Source: Eledone cirrhosa
Taxonomy: Eukaryota
Assembly (NCBI GenBank): GCA_964016885.1
Contig: OZ024741.1
Coordinates: 36,332,001-36,396,000 of the forward strand
Direction: 5' to 3'
DNA length: 64,000 nt
In this document: piece by piece, positions 24,901 to 37,827 of the stretch
Numbering within the stretch: the stretch's first letter is position 1
How the letters are laid out: each line of letters opens with the position of its first letter
Notes under the pieces: generated by a model
Seen by the model: the letters and a program-made list of their open reading frames with translations, nothing else
Told to the model about the DNA's origin: nothing
Database searches by the model: none
Translations under genes and position numbers: made by a program

Positions 24901-26030
24901 TGTTTTTGTGTTAATATTTGTATTAGTATCTCTGTTAGCATTAGTGTTTGATGTTTCCATTAGTGTTAGTGATTGTGTTAGCATTAGTCTTTGTTTTTGT
25001 GTTAAGGTTAGCGTTAATGTTAGCATTAGTATTTCTGTTATGAGTGTTTGTGTTAGTGTTCAGGTTAATGTTAGCTTAGTTTTCAGTGTTAAGGCTAGCG
25101 TTAATGTTAGCATTAGTATTTATGTTATGAGTGTTTGTGTTAGTGTTAGCGTTAATGTTAGCTTAGTTTTCAGGTTAGTGTTAGCGTTCAAGTTAATGTT
25201 AGTTTTAGTGTTAGTGTTTGTTTTTGTGTTAATATTTGTGTTAGTATCTCTATTAGTGTTAGTTTTAGTGTAAGTGTTCAGGTTAGTGTTAGTGTTCAAG
25301 TTAATGTTAGTGTTAGTTTTAGTGTTAGTATTTGTTTTTGTTTCCATTAGTGTTAGTGATTGTGTTAGCGTTAGTCTTTGTTTTTGTGTTAAGGTTAGCG
25401 TTAATGTTAGCATTAGTATTTCTGTTAGTGTTAGCATTAGTGTTTATGTTAGTGTTCAGGTTAATGTTAGCTTAGTTTTCAGGTTAGAGTTAGTGTTCAA
25501 GTTAATGTTAGTTTTAGTGTTAGTGTTGAGGTTAGTGTTAGAGATTGTGTTAGTGTTTGTTTTTGTGTTAATATCTGTGTTAGTATCTCTGTTAGCGTTA
25601 GTGTTTGTTTTAGTGTTGAAGTTAATGTTAGCTTAGTTTTCTGGTTAGTATCAGTTTTCAGATTAGTGTTTGTGTTAGTGTTACTTTTAGTGTTAGTGCT
25701 CAGGTCAGTGTTAGTGTTTATGGTAGTGTTAGTTTTAGTGCTAGTGTTCAGGCTAATGTTTGTGCTAATGTTAGTTTTAGTGTAAGTGTTCAGGTTAGTG
25801 TTAGTGTTAGTGTTTACGGTAGTGTTAGTTTTAGTGCTGGTGTTCAGGTCAGTGTTAGTGTCAGTTTTAGTGTTAGTGTTCAGGTTAGTGTTTGTGTTAG
25901 TTTTCTATTTAATGTTAGTTTTCAGATTTCGTGTTTGTGTTAGTTTTCATGTTAGCACTAAGTTTACTGTTAGAGCATGTGTGAATGCAAGTGTTAGGGT
26001 AAGTGTTATTTTTAAAGTTAGGTTTTCTAC
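21990..26030. repeat. degenerate hexamer low-complexity array grading from GTCAGC/GTTAGC to GTTAGT
   Basis: 6-nt periodicity producing dipeptide-like ORFs in many frames. Confidence 0.9.
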
Positions 26031-26354
26031 TTTCCAGGAAAAAAGTTGATCCTCTCTAACTTGAGTGGTGTGATATAGTGTGGTAAAGTCTAGTGTTTCA
26101 TAGTCTTGTGTGGTGTTGTCTATTGTTGTATAGTGTAGTATGGTATATTGTTTCATAGCATGGTCTGATGTGAGGTCGTACAGTGTTTCGTAGTGTGGTG
26201 TTGGATAATGTGGTATGGTATAATGTTTGTCAGTGTGGTGTGGCATGGTATGGTATAGGTTTATGTAGTGTGGCTTAGTTTGATTATAATAATACAAATA
26301 ATAATAACAATTATAATAGTAATAATAATTGTTCTTGTTCATTTTCTTTGTCTT

Positions 26355-26475
26355 CTTCTGTGCCTTTGTTTTCTTCTGTGCCTTTGACTTCTTCTATGCT
26401 TTTGACTTCTTCTGTGCTTTTGACTTCTTCTGTGCCTTTGACTTCTTCTGTGCCTTTGACTTCTTCTGTGCCTTT
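26355..26475. repeat. 18-bp tandem repeat TGTGCCTTTGACTTCTTC
   Basis: About 6-7 copies; reads KGTEEV on the minus strand. Confidence 0.9.
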
Positions 26476-26927
26476 ATCTTCTCCTCTGCCATCTAAATAC
26501 CAAAAACAAAGAATGTAAAACATATATGTTGCCTATCTCTCAGACTTTACAAAATGCTGAGGAGATAAAATTAATTTAAAGAGCAGTGTGCTCATGCACT
26601 GTGATCCTATAATGTAGCTTATAAGCTATTTCATAACTAAAAAACAATGTCAAACATCAACAAAAGTATATACAAATATCTTTGAATGTTTAAGTTAAAC
26701 CTAAATAGATCGTATCTACAGGTCATTAGGTTAAGACTGAACTAAGATCATATCTATAAATCATTAGGTTTAGACTGAACTGAGATCATACTTTCTTCTT
26801 CTTTTCGTCATCTTCGTTTCCCATGTCTTCTTTGTCTTTGTTGTCATTTTCATTTTAGTCATCTGCTTCATCGTCTTTTTCTTCTTTTCCATCTAAATAT
26901 ATAAAAAAATTGTAAACAAATATATAG

Positions 26928-27953
26928 ATTTCTATTTATTGCCACTAGGGCACAAAAGAAGGGGACAAATACAAGGGGGGAGTTTACACAAAAAGGCGAG
27001 TAAAGAAAACAAATAACAAATATAAAATTAACAATAAAGTCCTCAATAGGGAGGGGGCGTTTGGGGGGTCGCACACACCCCGAAAAAAGTGTGCAACCCC
27101 TTCTCCTCAGGAGCACAGAGAGAGGGTGCTCCCTCGTTCCTTCCTTTTTTCCACCTACAGGCTGATATAGAGAGAAGGCCCATTCACACGGGCCATTCTC
27201 GCCACTTTCACCCACCTTTCATAAAAACGACTGGGGTTGAGCATCTCTCTCCATCCTGATCCTTCTTCCGAAATGATATCGGAAGAAACGGATCAGTTGT
27301 TGGCCAGAGAGAAAGGTGCCTGACCTGAATCCTTTCAGACGCGTCCACCATACAACCTCTTTCACCATGGCTATTACGCACAGAAACACCGCCTCTCCTT
27401 CATTTTTGAAGGGGAGAGGCAGCTTAATCGTTACAATGGCCTCGGTTGTCAACCGGATCGGTCCCACCCTTGATAGCAGTCGTTCGACATAGCCCCACAG
27501 ATTGGCTACGCCCGAGCAGTGTACCAATACGTGTGCAACGGTTTCCTCGTCGCGCACGCATCTGGGACAGATCTTTTTGGCGGGGTCCCTACCCGGGCGC
27601 CCGTGTCTGTAGAGCTTTTCTCGAACGGGTAGAGCCCCTCGGTAGCCAGGGACTTCTGGAAGTTGTCCATAAGTCCCGGGCTGAATGTCCTACTGAACAG
27701 GCTGGCCAGTTCGTCTTCCTCTATGTCTAGGGCTTCTCCGAGGGCATCGTCGCACCTGCTGCGTACCAGCCCTCTATAGAATGTCGCGGTGGAGTCTCCA
27801 CTGATAACCGGGTCCACCTGCCAGAGGGCCGTGAGTGCCTGGACACACTCAGTGTGCCAGGCGCCCAGTTTTCTCGGTCTTTGCTTGACCCAAGATTGCA
27901 GCTCGGTGAGTGAGACGAGTCTGGGAAAGGTTCGTCTCACAAACGGGGCCCAC
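26928..27953 (-). mobile_element. Tx1/L1-like LINE 3' fragment with 12-bp TSD
   Basis: Frameshifted zf-RVT-like region (MDNFQKSLA..; CPRC..EETVAH..HC), AATAAA tail, and ACAAATATATAG duplicated at 26916-26927 and 27954-27965. Confidence 0.8.
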
Positions 27954-28409
27954 ACAAATATATAGCTGATCTCTCAGACTTTCACGAAACACCGAGGAGA
28001 TACAGTTAATATAACGAGTGGGAACTCATATATATATATATATATATATGGTATAGCATGGTGTTATGTGGTCTGGTGTGGTACAACATGGTGTGATGTG
28101 GTGTGGTATGATATGGTGAGGCAGGGAGGGGGGAGACAATGTTAGATTAATGTTAACAATACACATGTAGCATCCACATGTGATGAGAAGGAGGAAACAG
28201 TGTTTAACTAATTTTAACATTACATGTAGCATCCATCTACAGGTGATTAAGTTAAGACTGAGATGTAATCATAAGAAAAGGTCAATTTAAAACAACACTG
28301 AGATCCTGCTTAAAATGATGGTCAATGAAGTGTTTACTTAGATCTTTTGAAATAACTTTCTTTCTCTTACTGTAACTGGACATACCTACGAAATAGAAAA
28401 CAGTCGAAT

Positions 28410-28750
28410 AGACAGTGTTGTGGTGTGGTGTGGTGTAGTGTGGTTTAGTGTAGTGGACAGTGGTGTAGTGTAGTGGAGTGTGGTTTAGTGGAGTGGACGG
28501 TGGTGTGGTGTAGTGGAGTGTGGTTCAATGTAGGGTGGGGGATATTGTGTAGTGGAGTGTGGTGGGATGTAGTATGGTAGCATGTGGTGTGATGGCATGT
28601 GATGTGGCGTGGCGTGGTGAAATGTAATGTGATGTGATGAAATGTGGCGTGGCGTGGTGAAATGAGGCGAGGCGAGGTGAGACGAGACGAGATGTGATGT
28701 GATATGGTGTGATGTGGTGAGATATGGTGTGATGTGGTGTGATGTGATGT
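28410..28750. repeat. pentamer microsatellite (GTGTG/GTGAT/GTGGT variants)
   Basis: Directly visible; a similar tract lies at 29815-30135. Confidence 0.85.
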
Positions 28751-29815
28751 GAAATTTTTTCATCCTATTTTTCATGTGCTATCAACTAATCCAATCTCCA
28801 AGATGCTTGAAACTGACTTTCTCCCCCCAGGAAAATGGCGGGGTGAGGTGGTTCCCCCTTCACCCAGATAACCCCTGCTTACTCGGAATTTTCTCTTAGA
28901 TTCTATTTTCATGCATTATCAGTGAATATGACTTCCAAACCAGTCAAAAACAGCTTTGGAGAAAGAGGAGGGAGAGGGGAAGAGTTTTATAGATCTACAC
29001 CCCACTCATATGTTGTGGGACTTAATCATTTTCGGTATATTTCCTGTGCTATTAATTTCCTATGCTATTTCCTATGCTATTTCCTATGCTATTTCCTGTG
29101 CTATTAATTAATCTGACCTCCTAGATGCTTCCAACCAACTTATTTCCCTGGGTTAGGTTTAGGGTAATGTTTAGGGTTTAGTTTTAGGGTTGGGTAATGT
29201 TTAGGGTCTAGTTTTAGGGTTGGGGTAAATTTAGGGTTTTGTTTTAGGTTTGGGGTAAAGTTTATGGTTTAGTTTTAGGTTTGGGGTAATGTTTAGGGTC
29301 TAGTTTTAGGGTTGGGGTAAAGTTTAGGGTTTAGTTTTAGGGTTGGGGTAATGTTTAGGGTTTTGTTTAAGGGTTGGGGTAATGTTTATATTTAGATTTA
29401 GCTTGGTTTGGTTTAGATTTAGAGTTTAGGGTTGGGGCTAGATTTAATTTTATGTTTAATTTAGTTTTAGTTTCCAAATCCCAGAAAAAAAAATTGATTC
29501 AGAGCAACTAAAAGGTCAGATTAGTTGATAGCACTCAAAAGGAGACCGAAGAAAAATCATTAGGGTATATATCTACAAAACGACAATGGTTTTTCCACCT
29601 GCTTTACCCCTCCTTTTTCCTAGAACAACTAATCATTTCCAACTGGTTTGGAGGTCATATTCGTTGATAACATACGAAAAATCTTAGAGAAAACTCTGGG
29701 GTTAAATGAGAGAAGTGCATCCACCTAAGTTTTCCATGAAGCGAGAGTCAATAACAAACATCTTGGAGTTCGGATTAGTTGATAACACATGAAAAACAGA
29801 TGAGGAAAAAGTTTT
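28750..29815. mobile_element. foldback/MITE-like element with long diverged inverted arms around a TTAGGG-like core array
   Basis: 28750-28806 is inverted against 29759-29813 and 28885-29003 against 29562-29700. The central array at 29150-29460 is built from GTTTTAGGGTTGGGGTAA-type units. Confidence 0.6.
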
Positions 29816-30327
29816 GGGTGTTATGTGGTGTAGAGTAGTGTGGTGTGTTTTTATGTGGTGTGATGTAGTGAGGTGTGTTTTTATGTGGTGTGATGTAGTG
29901 AGGTGAGGTGTGGTGTGTTGTGTTGTGGTGTTATGTGGTGTGGAATAGTGTGGTGTGTTTTTATGTGGAGCAGTGTGGTGTGTTGTAGTGAGGAGTGGTG
30001 TGTTGTGTTGTAGTGAGGAGTGGTGTGTTGTGTTGTAGTGGTGTGTTGTGGTGTTATGTGGTGTGGTGTAGTGTTGTATGTTTTTATGTGGTGTGGTGCA
30101 GTACGGTGCGGTGCAGTGAGGTGCGGTGCAGTGAGGTTCTTCGTCTTTATCTTTCTCTTCTTCATCTTTGTATTCATCTTCTTTGTTTTGTCTTCCATCT
30201 AAAAAAAAAAATGTATATATAAAACATATATGTAGCCAATCTCTCAGACTTTTACAAAGCTCCAGGAAGATAAATTTAATATAAGTGGTGTGTTTCTGAA
30301 CAGAGATACTATAAAATAGCTTAAAAG

Positions 30328-30404
<77 letters not shown>

Positions 30405-30548
30405 TACACGGGTGTGTATGATTGTGTATAGAAGATTATATTAATAAAAGGAATTCCAACTTTGTCTGATTTACTCGTTTTATTTACAATCCTTTAAAAG
30501 TATAATGGTATTAGAATGAAATAGCACGGTAGAATATTAAGTGTTAAT

Positions 30549-30587
30549 TGAACAAGTACTTTCATGCTTTCGCAATCTTCAGGTTCA
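30549..30587 (-). ncRNA. minimal type I hammerhead ribozyme in PLE pLTR
   Basis: ugaac CUGAAGA uUGC gaaa GCAu GAAA GUAC UU guuca; palindromic stem III. Confidence 0.8.
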
Positions 30588-31518
30588 TATTCTGTGGTGA
30601 CAGTCAAGTTTACAATTTTCAACTGTAATGAGATGGGTAAATGTTGTGCCTTATATACAGTGAAAAGCGGCTACAGAATGATACGTTTTGCAAACTGTAT
30701 TTCGACCAATCGGTGTGTAGTTTCACTTGATTACTGAAGCTGATTGGTTTAGGCATCACGGTTGGTTGGGCATGTCTAACTACTTCTATTTGGCCCTATT
30801 CAAAGCATCAATTGTTTTGCTATTTTTAGAAATGATGAAAATAGCATTTTCTAGGGTTTTTATACCCCTAAGAATTATTATTGTTCATTTAGCTTGGGTT
30901 GGAATTTTGAAAAATATTCCCAAATGCAAATATGAAGTGCAAAAGCAGAAATCTAATTTACTGCATTAAATGACCGAATTGTGAAGAACTATATGTCGGT
31001 CAAACTGGAAATGCACTATCGAAACGTGCACGGGTGCACCGACAGCAAATCAGAGACCCAAATGTCCGTCAGATACCCCTCAGTAACCATCTAGCAACAT
31101 GTGGTCAGAAAATATTTATAATATTTCCATTCTACAAATTACACAGGCCAAGTGAAATCAAGAGAAACATCAAAGAAAAGAATTTTATTGATAAATTCCA
31201 ACCCAAGCTAAATGAACAATAATAATTCTTAGGGGTATAAAAACCCTAGAATGATGTAAATGCTATTTACATCATTTCTAAAAATAGCAAAACAATTGAT
31301 GCTTTGGATAGAGCCAAATAGAAGTCGTTAGACATGCTCAACCAACCATGACGCCTAAACCAATCAGCTTCAGTAATCCAGTGAAACTACACACCAATTG
31401 GTCGAAATACAGTTTGCAAAACGTATCATTCTGTAGCCGCTTTTCACTGTATATAAGGCACAACATTTACCCATTTCATAACAGTTGAAAATTGCAACTT
31501 GATTGTCACCACAGAATA

Positions 31519-31557
31519 TGAACCTGAAGATTGCGAAAGCATGAAAGTGCTTGTTCA
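31519..31557 (+). ncRNA. minimal type I hammerhead ribozyme in PLE pLTR
   Basis: ugaac CUGAAGA uUGC gaaa GCAu GAAA GUGC UU guuca. Confidence 0.78.
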
Positions 31558-31658
31558 ATTAACATTTAACACTTAATATTCTACCATACTATTCAGATTA
31601 CATCTATAAAATTCCGATTACATCTATATACATATATATATATATACATTCATATATA

Positions 31659-34600
31659 CACTTCTACGAAATGTAATGTAAAAATACCATTTTCTTCTTG
31701 TCTCCCCACCCTTCGGTTCATTCAACCATATATCTGTATAATCGCCCAGAATCCAATCCTACTTTCTCAATGCTATTCTATAATTCTGTCAGGCTGTTCT
31801 AAATAATCTTGTGTATTTTAAAATCCCAGTATATCGCTTGTTACTGTTATATGCTTTATTTAAAACCTTCTCCTCGCTTAATCTTAATTTTGGCCGAAAT
31901 TTTCCAGGATTCATAAAAATGGCCTCCCTAGTCCCTCTAAATCTCTGTCCCCCCCCCCCCTCTTTATCACATACGCGCCTGTTGGTCTCTCTCTCTCTCA
32001 CTCGATCACTCCCTACTCGCACCAAATATAAATAAACCTGTTACGAGGTACAAATCTCAGAATTTGTCAACTCTTATTAATGGTCAGTCCACTTCTACGA
32101 AATGTAATGTAAAAATACCATTTTCTTCTTGACTCCTCACCCTTCGATTCATTCATCCATATATCTGTATAATCGCCCAGAATCCAATCCTACTTTCTCA
32201 ATGCTATTCTATAATTCTGTCTGGTTGGTCTAAATAATCTTGTGTATTTTAAAATCCCAGTATATCGCTTGTTACTGTTATATGCTTTATTTAAAACCTT
32301 CTCCTTGCTAACTACCTCATACCCCTCCAACCCGCCCCCACTCTCCACCATTATTATTTGGACCAATCATAAGTCAGCGGCCTATGCTATCACTTCTCCT
32401 GGTTGCTTTTCGATATGATGGATGGACTAAGGAATTCTGGAGAGTCTGAAGAATCTGGACACTCAGAGACAATGCCAAAGATAACGACAAATTCACCTCA
32501 TGCTGCCGGACGAAAGGGCAAGGACTCCTCTTTGTTTCGGCCGCGGATAGCCAACATAACCCAACCCCACCCCCCTCACCGCGCCCACCCACCAAACGCA
32601 ATCCAAAACTTCAGAGTTGGTACCATGAATGTAGGCACATTAAAAGTTCGTTCTAACGAGGTTGTAGAAATGCTTGAACGTAAGGAGGTTGATGTTTGTT
32701 GTATCCAAGAGACCAGGTGGAGGGGCGGGTCTGCTAGATTCATTGTGGGTAAAAAACGATGCTATAAGCTTTTCTGGGTGGGAAATGACAATGGGCTGGG
32801 TGGGTTAGGAATCATGGTAGCAGAAAAATGGGTGGATAAGATAATAGACGTTAATAGAGTGAACGACAGAATAATTAAAATAAGACTTGTTCTAAATAGA
32901 ACTACTGTGACAGTAATATCTGCGTACGCACCCCAATCCGGACTGCCTGGCGCTATAAAAGACAGATTCTATGAGACACTGATGCTCACTACCTCCCAAA
33001 TAACCGACAGTGACTATATAATTATTGCTGGCGACCTAAATGGTCACGTTGGACAACATTGTGACAGCTATGACAGAATCCATGGAGGCTGTGGGTTCGG
33101 TACTAGAAATGAGGAAGGCTCCAGAATCCTGGAATTCTGTGACGCAAATAACCTAACTATCTGTAACACTAACTTCAAAAAGCGAGACAATCACTTGATC
33201 ACCTACAGATCAGGGGAACATACCAGCCAGGTAGATTATATCCTTATCAGAAGACGTGACAGAGTGTCTGTTGTAAATACTAAATCCCTCCCCCATGAAG
33301 AATGCACTTCTCAACATAGACTCATAATTAGCGACCTCATAGTCAGGACGAGACGTTCTCGACAACAGAAGAGGACTATCCTCAGGAGAAAAATATGGAA
33401 GCTAAAGGACCCCACAACCAGTAATACATTTAAAAGCATATTGCTTGATGCTTTCGACAGTAAGGAAGAGCAATTAGAGTCGTACAATATAGAGGAACAG
33501 TGGGAATTCCTGAAAGCAAACCTGCTGATGGCGACAGATGAAGTCTGCGGCTGGAGCAGGCCTATAGGCAGGAGGAGAGTAACGTGGTGGTGGAACAGTA
33601 AGGTGGAGGAGTCAATTAAGGCCAAAAAGCAGGCTTGGAAAGTATGGCGGGATGGGGGAAGTAGAGAAGACTATCAAGTGGCCAGGAGGGAAGCTATGAG
33701 ACAAGTGTACTTCGCAAGAAGGGAAGCAGAGGAAAGAAAGTTCAAGCATGTTCTACAACGCGAGGACCAAAAACGTGAAGTGTTCAGGATTGCTAGGCAA
33801 TGTGTCAAGAAAAACCGTGATATTGTCGTGGAGAAGTGTGTCCTTAATGATGATGGTGTACTTGCCATCACTGACGCTGATAAGAAGGTAGCTTGGAAGT
33901 GTCACTACTAAAGGCTACTAAATGAGGAGAATAAATGGGAGAAAGACAGTCTCCCCCACATCAATCCAATAGAACGACCAGCAGTGCTAGTTGAAGGTAG
34001 TATAATAAGAAAGGAAATCAAAGATATGAATACGGGTAAGGCGGCTGGGCCTTCGGAAATAGTTGCTGAAATGCTGAAAGCATCTGGAACGGTGGGACAC
34101 ACTATGGTCACCCGGATAGTAAACCAAGTCATACAGAATCGGGTTGTGCCGAAGGACTGGCGTAGCAGCATCATCATTAACTGCTACAAGGGTAAAGGGG
34201 TTGCCCTAGATATGGGTAACTATAGAGGCATTAAATTAATCGACCAGGTCATGAAGGTCACAGAAAAAGTAATAGCGCAACTAATCAGAGAGAGAATTGA
34301 TCTAGATGAAATGCAGTTCGGGTTTGTGTCAGGTAAAAGTACCACAGATGCTCTTTTCATTGTACGACAACTACAGGAGAAGTACCTAGCTAAAAGTAAA
34401 CCCCTCTACTTAGCTTTTATCGACTTGGAGAAAGCCTTTGACAGAGTCCCCCGTTCCATTATCTGGTGGGCTCTTAGAAAACTAGGTGTTGAGGAATGGC
34501 TTGTGAGAGCTATACAAGCCATGTATAAAGAAACAGTCAGCAAGGTTAGAATTAACAATGAATATAGTGAAGAGTTTAGCGTAAAAGTTGGTGTTCATCA

Positions 34601-36030
34601 GGGTTCCGTTCTTAGCCCCCTACTATTTATTATTGCCCTTCAGGCTATAACAGTGGAGTTCAAGACCGGCTGCCCATGGGAACTCCTATACGCAGATGAT
34701 CTAACGCTCATAGCTGAATCAATGGCTGAACCAGAGAAGAAATTCCAAACAAGGAAGCATGGCCTAGAATCAAAAGGCCTTAAAATTAACCTGTCTAAGA
34801 CTAAGGTTCTAGTTTGTAGGAAGGAAAATAGGGCACCGGTCCCATCCGGGAAATGGCCATGCTCAGTGTGTAGGAAAGAAGTAGGCAGAAACTCCATTTT
34901 ATGTCCCAAATGCAATGTATGGGTGCATAAAAGATGTAGTGGGATCACGGGTAAGCTAACTAAGAATATAGATTTTATATGTGGCCGGTTTTCTGGTGCA
35001 ATAAGTAGCAGCAAGTGCCCACAGAATACTAGCTCATTCCATTGCACAGAGGGTTCTATAGAAATAGTGGACACCTTACGTTACTTGGGTGACAAAATCA
35101 GCAGTGGTGGAGGGTGCTCTGAAAGTACAGTAGCTAGAGTCAGAACTGGATGGAAAAAGTTCAGAGAGCTTATACCACTATTAGCCGCTAAAGGGTTCTC
35201 TCTAAAAATGAAAGGCAGGCTGTATGATGCCTGCATACGAACAGCAATGTTACATGGCAGTGAGACCTGGGCATTGTGTGCAGAGGATATACGCAGACTG
35301 GAGAGGAACGAAGCTTGCATGCTCCGCTGGATGTGTAATAGTAATATACGTGAACGGCAAAGCATAAACGAACTAAGGGAAAAATTAGGAATAAGAGGGA
35401 TCAGATGCTGTTTACTCGAGAGAAGACTACGTTGGTACGGTCACGTGATGCGCATGAAAGACGACAGCTGTATAAAAATAAAGTGCAGGGCGATAAAAAT
35501 AGACGGTAGCCACGGAGTAGGCAGACACAGAAAAACCTGGGACGACTTGATAAATTCCGACCTCACACACTTACACCTCTCCAAGACAATGTCACTGGAC
35601 CGAGATCTTTGGCTCTACACAGTAATAGAGAAGACCCGCCTTACTTAAATACAAAGTGAAACCTACCACAGTCAGTAGGCACCTCTAACAAAAATACACC
35701 CCCGTCCCACTACCCCCACCTCATCCACACCATCCCTTTCAATGTAAAGTTATGTTGGTACCACAACATCCAGTCCAAAACAAATGAGGTTGTGTAGGTG
35801 TCACGACAAAAAAACACACAGTCCACGCTGTAATGTGGCCGTGTAGGTAACACGGTAAAAACCTCCCAGTTCACACTGTAAACGTGGTTGGTGTTAGGAA
35901 GGGCATCCAGCCGTAGAAAACCCGCCAGACAGTCCTATGCGAGCAAGACATTCACTCTTGCCTCAAGTGGGAAAACTCCCGTCCAAACCCATGCAAGCGT
36001 GGAAGATGGACGTTAAACGATGACGATGAT
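31659..36030 (+). mobile_element. near full-length RTE LINE family B
   Basis: 5' UTR with a direct repeat (31659-31875 and 32090-32305), an APE+RT reading frame, a 3' UTR and a GAT tail; TA-rich flanks. Confidence 0.95.
32403..35648 (+). pseudogene. RTE APE endonuclease-reverse transcriptase ORF broken by one in-frame TAA (33909-33911)
   Basis: APE motifs TMNV, IQETRW, SAYAP, GDLNGHVG, DYIL and SQHR; RT motifs FIDLEKAFD, QGSVLSP and YADD. The two listed ORFs share a frame (offset 1581 nt) and HY*RLLNEEN aligns to HYDRLLNEEN in family A. Confidence 0.93.
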
Positions 36031-36209
36031 ATACATACATACACACATATACATATATACAAATACACATATACATGCATATATATATACATATATATAC
36101 ATGCATATATATATATATATACATATACAATATGTATAGGATTCCTTTCCCTTTGAGCACATAATTTACAGGGAATAATGCGACTCTATGGCTCCGTTAA
36201 TTTATCTTC

Positions 36210-36240
<31 letters not shown>

Positions 36241-36413
36241 CATATATATACATACACACATATATATGCATACACACACACATATATATATATACATACA
36301 CACACACATATGCATACACACATATATATACATACACACATATATACATACACACACACATATATATAGATATACATACATATATATACATATATATAGA
36401 TTCATACATACAT

Positions 36414-36446
<33 letters not shown>

Positions 36447-36501
36447 AAATATTAAAAAAATAATGAATAAAACAGTTCCTTATATTAAACAAAAAAAGTT
36501 C

Positions 36502-36650
36502 ATTATTTAACGATCGTTTCTAGGATATATATGTGTTAGAATTGGCATGCATATTCAACAGATCTATGTACAAAATTATACAAAATTATACAAACTATCA
36601 AAATTAAATATACATACCAAACACATATATATGCCGTCTTCAGAAATAAT
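36502..36650 (-). ncRNA. type I hammerhead ribozyme with very long stem II
   Basis: auuauuu CUGAAGA cGGcAUAUAUAUGUGUU ... AACACAUAUAUAUCCua GAAA CGAUCG UU aaauaau: 7-bp stem I and palindromic stem III. Confidence 0.7.
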
Positions 36651-37647
36651 ATATATATATATATAAACTACTTGACGAGGAGCATTCTAGTTGTTCAATA
36701 AACTGATTGAATAATACAAACGATGTTTTAATATACAGATTCATTATTTGTGTATATATAATATATACAAAGCATATAAATAAATTTACAGTAGAATAAC
36801 ATAGCAAATATGTTTTAAATATATACATAAATAACATTACAAATGCTTAAATAACATTATAAATTGCTCGCGATTCTTTCAGAAGGATATATTCCTTTAA
36901 TGTTGCAATATTAAAGAAAATATACGTATATATATATACATATATTTATTCAACTAAGGAAAGCTGGTTGATTGAAAATCTGCCGACTTTCATAAGAGAT
37001 GACAAACACTCAACAGTTTATGTTTATCCGGAGTTTTATTATAATAATTGTTTCTACTGTGGCACAAGGCCAGCAATTACTCAGTGTATTACTGGTACTT
37101 ACAATGTAAATTTTCAAATGTATTACAGAGCCGATATACAAAGTATAAAACAATAAAATCTTAGTTTAATACAATTGCTGATCATTTTTTTTTTACATAC
37201 ATATATATATATATATATAGATACATACATATATATGCATTGTCGAGGCTTCCAAACGACTTAAAGATATTTACTTATTCTTCCACAATGCTTCAAGCAA
37301 ACTTCAATACTCTCTTATATATATATATATATATACAATATATATTAATAAATGGAAACTATATTTATAAAACCATATTTATTTTATATATATTTTAAGG
37401 GCCACCGCTTTCATCAGATAAAATACATATATATACATACATACACACATATATATATGTATGTATGAAACTTAATTATTCGGGTAATGCGACTCCTGTA
37501 ACGTTTTTAATAATTATTTGATATTACTTACCTTCTTATCTTTTGCTTTTATTGTTTTATTTTTCTCCTGTGTTTGTTGACATTTGCGTTTATTCCCTGG
37601 AGAAAAATGGCGCCAAACTTTTCCCTTTGAAAGAATAATGTGATAGT

Positions 37648-37827
37648 GTTCACGTGATATATAGCTGTCAGTCGTGAAAGCAGGCGAAGGTGTCGTCATT
37701 CGTCATCGTTTATTTCCGTATTACTACCACCAAGTAACTCAACTTACGCGTTGTAGTAATACGGAAATAAACGATGTTTTGCTTTCATCGGCTGCTTTCG
37801 ACTGACAGCTAATAGCGTTGTAGTGCC
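37648..37827. mobile_element. Merlin-derived MITE-like foldback forming the right end of the 25-kb unit
   Basis: TAGCTGTCAGTC...CATCGTTTATTTCCGTATTACTAC is followed by its inverse, ending in the 28-bp TIR; homologous to 12524-12635. Confidence 0.8.

Larger units (their letters stand above)
30515..31593 (+). mobile_element. Penelope-like element: GIY-YIG 3' fragment between inverted pLTRs
   Basis: YVGQTGNALSKRARVHRQQ..HL..C..FPFYK..EKNFI..FQPKLN at ~30993-31222; 30515-30907 is the reverse complement of ~31193-31593. Confidence 0.88.
12524..37827. mobile_element. putative 25.3-kb composite Merlin transposon
   Basis: Perfect 28-bp TIR GGCACTACAACGCTATTAGCTGTCAGTC at 12524-12551 and 37800-37827, extending imperfectly inward. 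AAAACAGC flanks both ends (12516-12523 and 37828-37835) and the same satellite lies on both sides. Confidence 0.7.

Noticed and set aside
21955-26049. Many long ORFs resembling antifreeze, ice-binding or acidic repeat proteins (NADADA, SVSVS, LVLVF)
   Set aside because: They arise in several frames on both strands from a hexamer array, with frequent stops and frame switches and no splice or start context.
29150-29460. Interstitial telomere
   Set aside because: TTAGGG occurs only inside longer degenerate units, not as a pure tandem, and the array sits between inverted arms.
37388-37420. Minus-strand CUGAUGAAAGC motif
   Set aside because: The two core halves overlap with no stem II; at best a collapsed remnant.
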